From NCBI GenBank assembly GCA_963842525.1, contig CAWJGT010000025.1, positions 224,001 through 288,000 on the forward strand: a DNA stretch of 64,000 nt, written 5' to 3'. The position numbers were made by a program, and so were the translations under genes. The stretch comes from an uncultured Holophagales bacterium. Lineage in GTDB: Bacteria > Acidobacteriota > Thermoanaerobaculia > Multivoradales > UBA5704. Shown piece after piece: positions 61,473-64,000 of this stretch. Under the pieces are notes generated by a model. The model saw only the letters and a program-made list of their open reading frames with translations. It was not told the origin of the DNA and searched no databases. Positions within the stretch are counted from its first letter, which is position 1, and every line of letters begins with the position of its first letter.

Positions 61473-62890
61473 TGAGCGGGACGTCGACGCCGGAGAAACG
61501 ACGCTACGACAGGTCCATCGTCGCGGGGCCGTTGCTCCCCGCGGTCTGGAAGATCGCGTGGCCGACGATGCTCACGAACGTCTTTGGCGGGCTTCAGGGC
61601 ATCGTCGACCATGCGCTCGTCGGCCATCTGGTCGGTTTCAAGGGCAACGCCGCGATCGGCGTGGCATGGCAGATCTTCATCGTCGTCATCGTCTTCATCA
61701 ACTCGCTGTTCATCGGCATGAGCGTGCTCGTCGCCCGCTTCGCCGGCGCCGGCGAGGAAGACAAGGTCAACCGCACGGTCTACCAGGCATTCCTCACGGC
61801 GATCGGGATCTCGCTGCTGGTCATGGCACCGCTCGGGTATCTCTTCTCGCCGTCGCTGCTCGATCTGGTCAACGCCGCGCCCGACGTGAAGGCGGAAGCG
61901 CTGCCGTTCCTCCGCATCGCATTCCTCTTCAGCAGCGGCATGCTCGTCTTCTACATGCTCGGCGGCGCCCTGCGCTCGGCGGGCGACGCGCGCACGCCGA
62001 TGGTCCTCGGCATCGTCATGACGGTGCTGAATCTCGTGCTGAACGTCATCCTGATCCGCGGTCTGGGACCGATTCCCGCTTTCGGCACCACCGGTTCGGC
62101 GATGGGGACGATGATCGCTTCCGGTCTCGTCGCGCTGTACGCGGTGGTGAAGCTGTGGCGCGGCGGGTGGGTCGTGTCGTTCCCGCGCGGACAGGGTTTC
62201 GGTCCGGATTGGAGCATCATCAGGTCGCTTTTCCGATTCGGCCTGCCGGCCGGCATTCAGGGAATCGCGATGAACATCGGCGGCGTGTTGATGATGGCGT
62301 TCATCGGCTCGCTCGCGCAGAGCGCGGCGGCGCAGGCGGCGTTCGCCGTCTCGTATACCCAGCTTTTCTCGCTGATCACGTGGACATCGATCGGGCTGAT
62401 GGGCGCGGCTGCGGCCGTCGCTGGACAATGCCTCGGCGCGGGCGATCCCGATCGGGCCAACGCGGCGGTGCATGTGGCGGCGCGCTTCGGGTTCGCCGGC
62501 GCGGGGCTCATCGGATTCTTCTTCCTGTTCTTTCCGCGGCAATTGCTCGCCATCTTCGGCATGAACGAGCCGGCCGTCGTCGAGATCGGCGTCCAGCTTC
62601 TGCGCGTGCTGAGCGTCTCGGGTATCTTCATCGCCGTCGCGCTCACGTACACAGGCGGGCTGCAAGGGACGGGCGACACCAGGAGCCCGCTCTACATCTC
62701 GATCGTCTCGCAGATCCTCGTGCCCCTCGGCATCTGCTTCGTGATCCAGCAGACGGGCAGGCTGGACCCGATCGACATCTGGATCGCGATCCTCGTCGGT
62801 CACGCGACGCGGTGCGCGCTGAGCGTGCTTCGCTTCAACCAGGGAAAGTGGCGCGGCATCGCGGTGGATATCGAGCCGAAGGCGCCATGA
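61472..62890 (+). CDS. MATE family efflux transporter
   Basis: 12 TM; RSAGDARTPM, QGTGDTRSP. Confidence 0.93.
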   Translation: MSGTSTPEKRRYDRSIVAGPLLPAVWKIAWPTMLTNVFGGLQGIVDHALVGHLVGFKGNAAIGVAWQIFIVVIVFINSLFIGMSVLVARFAGAGEEDKVNRTVYQAFLTAIGISLLVMAPLGYLFSPSLLDLVNAAPDVKAEALPFLRIAFLFSSGMLVFYMLGGALRSAGDARTPMVLGIVMTVLNLVLNVILIRGLGPIPAFGTTGSAMGTMIASGLVALYAVVKLWRGGWVVSFPRGQGFGPDWSIIRSLFRFGLPAGIQGIAMNIGGVLMMAFIGSLAQSAAAQAAFAVSYTQLFSLITWTSIGLMGAAAAVAGQCLGAGDPDRANAAVHVAARFGFAGAGLIGFFFLFFPRQLLAIFGMNEPAVVEIGVQLLRVLSVSGIFIAVALTYTGGLQGTGDTRSPLYISIVSQILVPLGICFVIQQTGRLDPIDIWIAILVGHATRCALSVLRFNQGKWRGIAVDIEPKAP

Positions 62891-62912
62891 GCCGGAGGGA
62901 AACAGGGCGCCG

Positions 62913-62939
62913 TGTCGATTTCGCGGCGCCTCGTTCGTC
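62913..62939 (+). promoter_or_regulatory. ECF42-type promoter
   Basis: TGTCGA-17-CGTC upstream of a DGPF gene. Confidence 0.65.
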
Positions 62940-63022
62940 GTCCTGGTAGAGCCGGGGCTCACATCCGGTCGAGGTCGTCCGGAAGCCCGGCTCCGAACCC
63001 GAAACCAGAAGGAGGAACGACG

Positions 63023-63439
63023 ATGCGATTCATGATGCTGATGATCCCCAAGGGGTACGAGACGGCGGAGCCGGGCACCATGCCGGAGGCCGAGGCCGTT
63101 GCCGCGATGATGAAGTACAACGAATCCCTGCAGAAGGCCGGTGTGCTGCTCGCGCTCGATGGCCTCCACCCGCCCTCGATGGGTGCGCGCGTCTCGTTCT
63201 CCGGCGGCAAGCCCAAGGTGACCGATGGGCCCTTCGCTGAGGCGAAGGAGGTGCTCGGCGGCTATTGGATGATTCAGGTGAAGTCGAGGGAAGAGGCTAT
63301 CGAATGGGCGTCGCGCTGCCCCGCTTCGGACAACGAAGTGATCGAGGTGCGCCAGGTGCAGGAGCTCGCGGACTTCCCGCCCGACGTCCAGAAGGCCGCG
63401 GAGAAGTATCCCGAGATGCAGAAGGCGGCCGGGCGGTAG
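63023..63439 (+). CDS. YCII/DGPF-family protein
   Basis: GLHPPSMGARV, TDGPFAEAKEVLGGYW, IEVRQ. Confidence 0.93.
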   Translation: MRFMMLMIPKGYETAEPGTMPEAEAVAAMMKYNESLQKAGVLLALDGLHPPSMGARVSFSGGKPKVTDGPFAEAKEVLGGYWMIQVKSREEAIEWASRCPASDNEVIEVRQVQELADFPPDVQKAAEKYPEMQKAAGR

Positions 63440-63502
63440 GAGCCACATTGCGGGCATTGTGCTTGCACGTTACCCAGGGGTGTGCGGGGAAAGGAGAGCA
63501 GA

Positions 63503-63904
63503 ATGCTAAGTGACGCAACTGTACAGCCCATGCTTCCGGTCAAGGACCTGGAGGTGGCAAAGAAGTTCTATGAAGGAGCCCTGGGGCTCAAGAAAACCGG
63601 CGAAGAGCCCGGTATGGCGGTCGTCTACCAGAGCGCCGGCAGCAGCACTCTTTGTGTCTATCGTTCGGAGTTTGCGGGAACGAACAAGGCCACGGCCGCC
63701 CTATGGGAAGTGAAGGACGTCGAGCAGACGGTCAAGGAGCTGAAAGGAGCAGGGGTGGACTTCGAGCACTACGACGACCTCCCTGGCCTGACCCGCAAGG
63801 GCGACATCCATCTGGCAGAGGATTTCCGAGTCGCGTGGTTCAAGGACCCGGACGGGAACATCCTTTCCGTACAGAATAACCCCGCAGGATCTGGAGCGAG
63901 CTGA
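63503..63904 (+). CDS. VOC/glyoxalase family protein
   Basis: LPVKDLEVAKKFY, AWFKDPDGNIL. Confidence 0.92.
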   Translation: MLSDATVQPMLPVKDLEVAKKFYEGALGLKKTGEEPGMAVVYQSAGSSTLCVYRSEFAGTNKATAALWEVKDVEQTVKELKGAGVDFEHYDDLPGLTRKGDIHLAEDFRVAWFKDPDGNILSVQNNPAGSGAS

Positions 63905-64000
63905 AGAGGCGGTTTTACCGCCCCTCTCGTACTGAAGGGCAGGCCCCGCCCATTGACATCTCCGGGGATGCAAAGTAGGGTTCTCCGAGGCCCAAGCTCG

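Overview
High-GC bacterial chromosome segment; gene content and repeat style suggest Acidobacteriota, probably Thermoanaerobaculia-like (inference). It carries many single-base indels typical of an unpolished long-read assembly. Core blocks are hflX (partial), LON-N, an OTC-like gene and lepA (1-3.7 kb); mfd and two parvulin/SurA genes (5.6-11.2 kb); and the dcw cluster mraZ..ftsZ (15.8-32.1 kb, no murB/ddl). Accessory blocks: (i) 12.2-15.1 kb, an integrase-less integron remnant (promoter, attI-like site, one complete attC) with a PD-(D/E)XK-like cassette and a VOC cassette, then an AbrB-Doc TA pair and an orphan lanthipeptide-like precursor; (ii) 32.7-40 kb, a recombined toxin-antitoxin/AlbA_2 island enclosing a low-GC graspetide operon (two precursors, an ATP-grasp ligase and a 3-TM protein resembling Pycsar-type effectors), the best candidate for a new system; (iii) 40-50 kb, an HTH gene, a TPR remnant, a secreted DPNG peptide, and an RHH regulator divergent from two secreted Cys-tail paralogues split by a clean IS66; (iv) 50-64 kb, FKBP, AraC, a PQQ propeller, a candidate ~200-nt pseudoknotted ncRNA and an ECF42-type-promoter RND/MATE/YCII region. 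A palindromic repeat family has entered the coding frames of ftsI, ftsQ and a PPIase.
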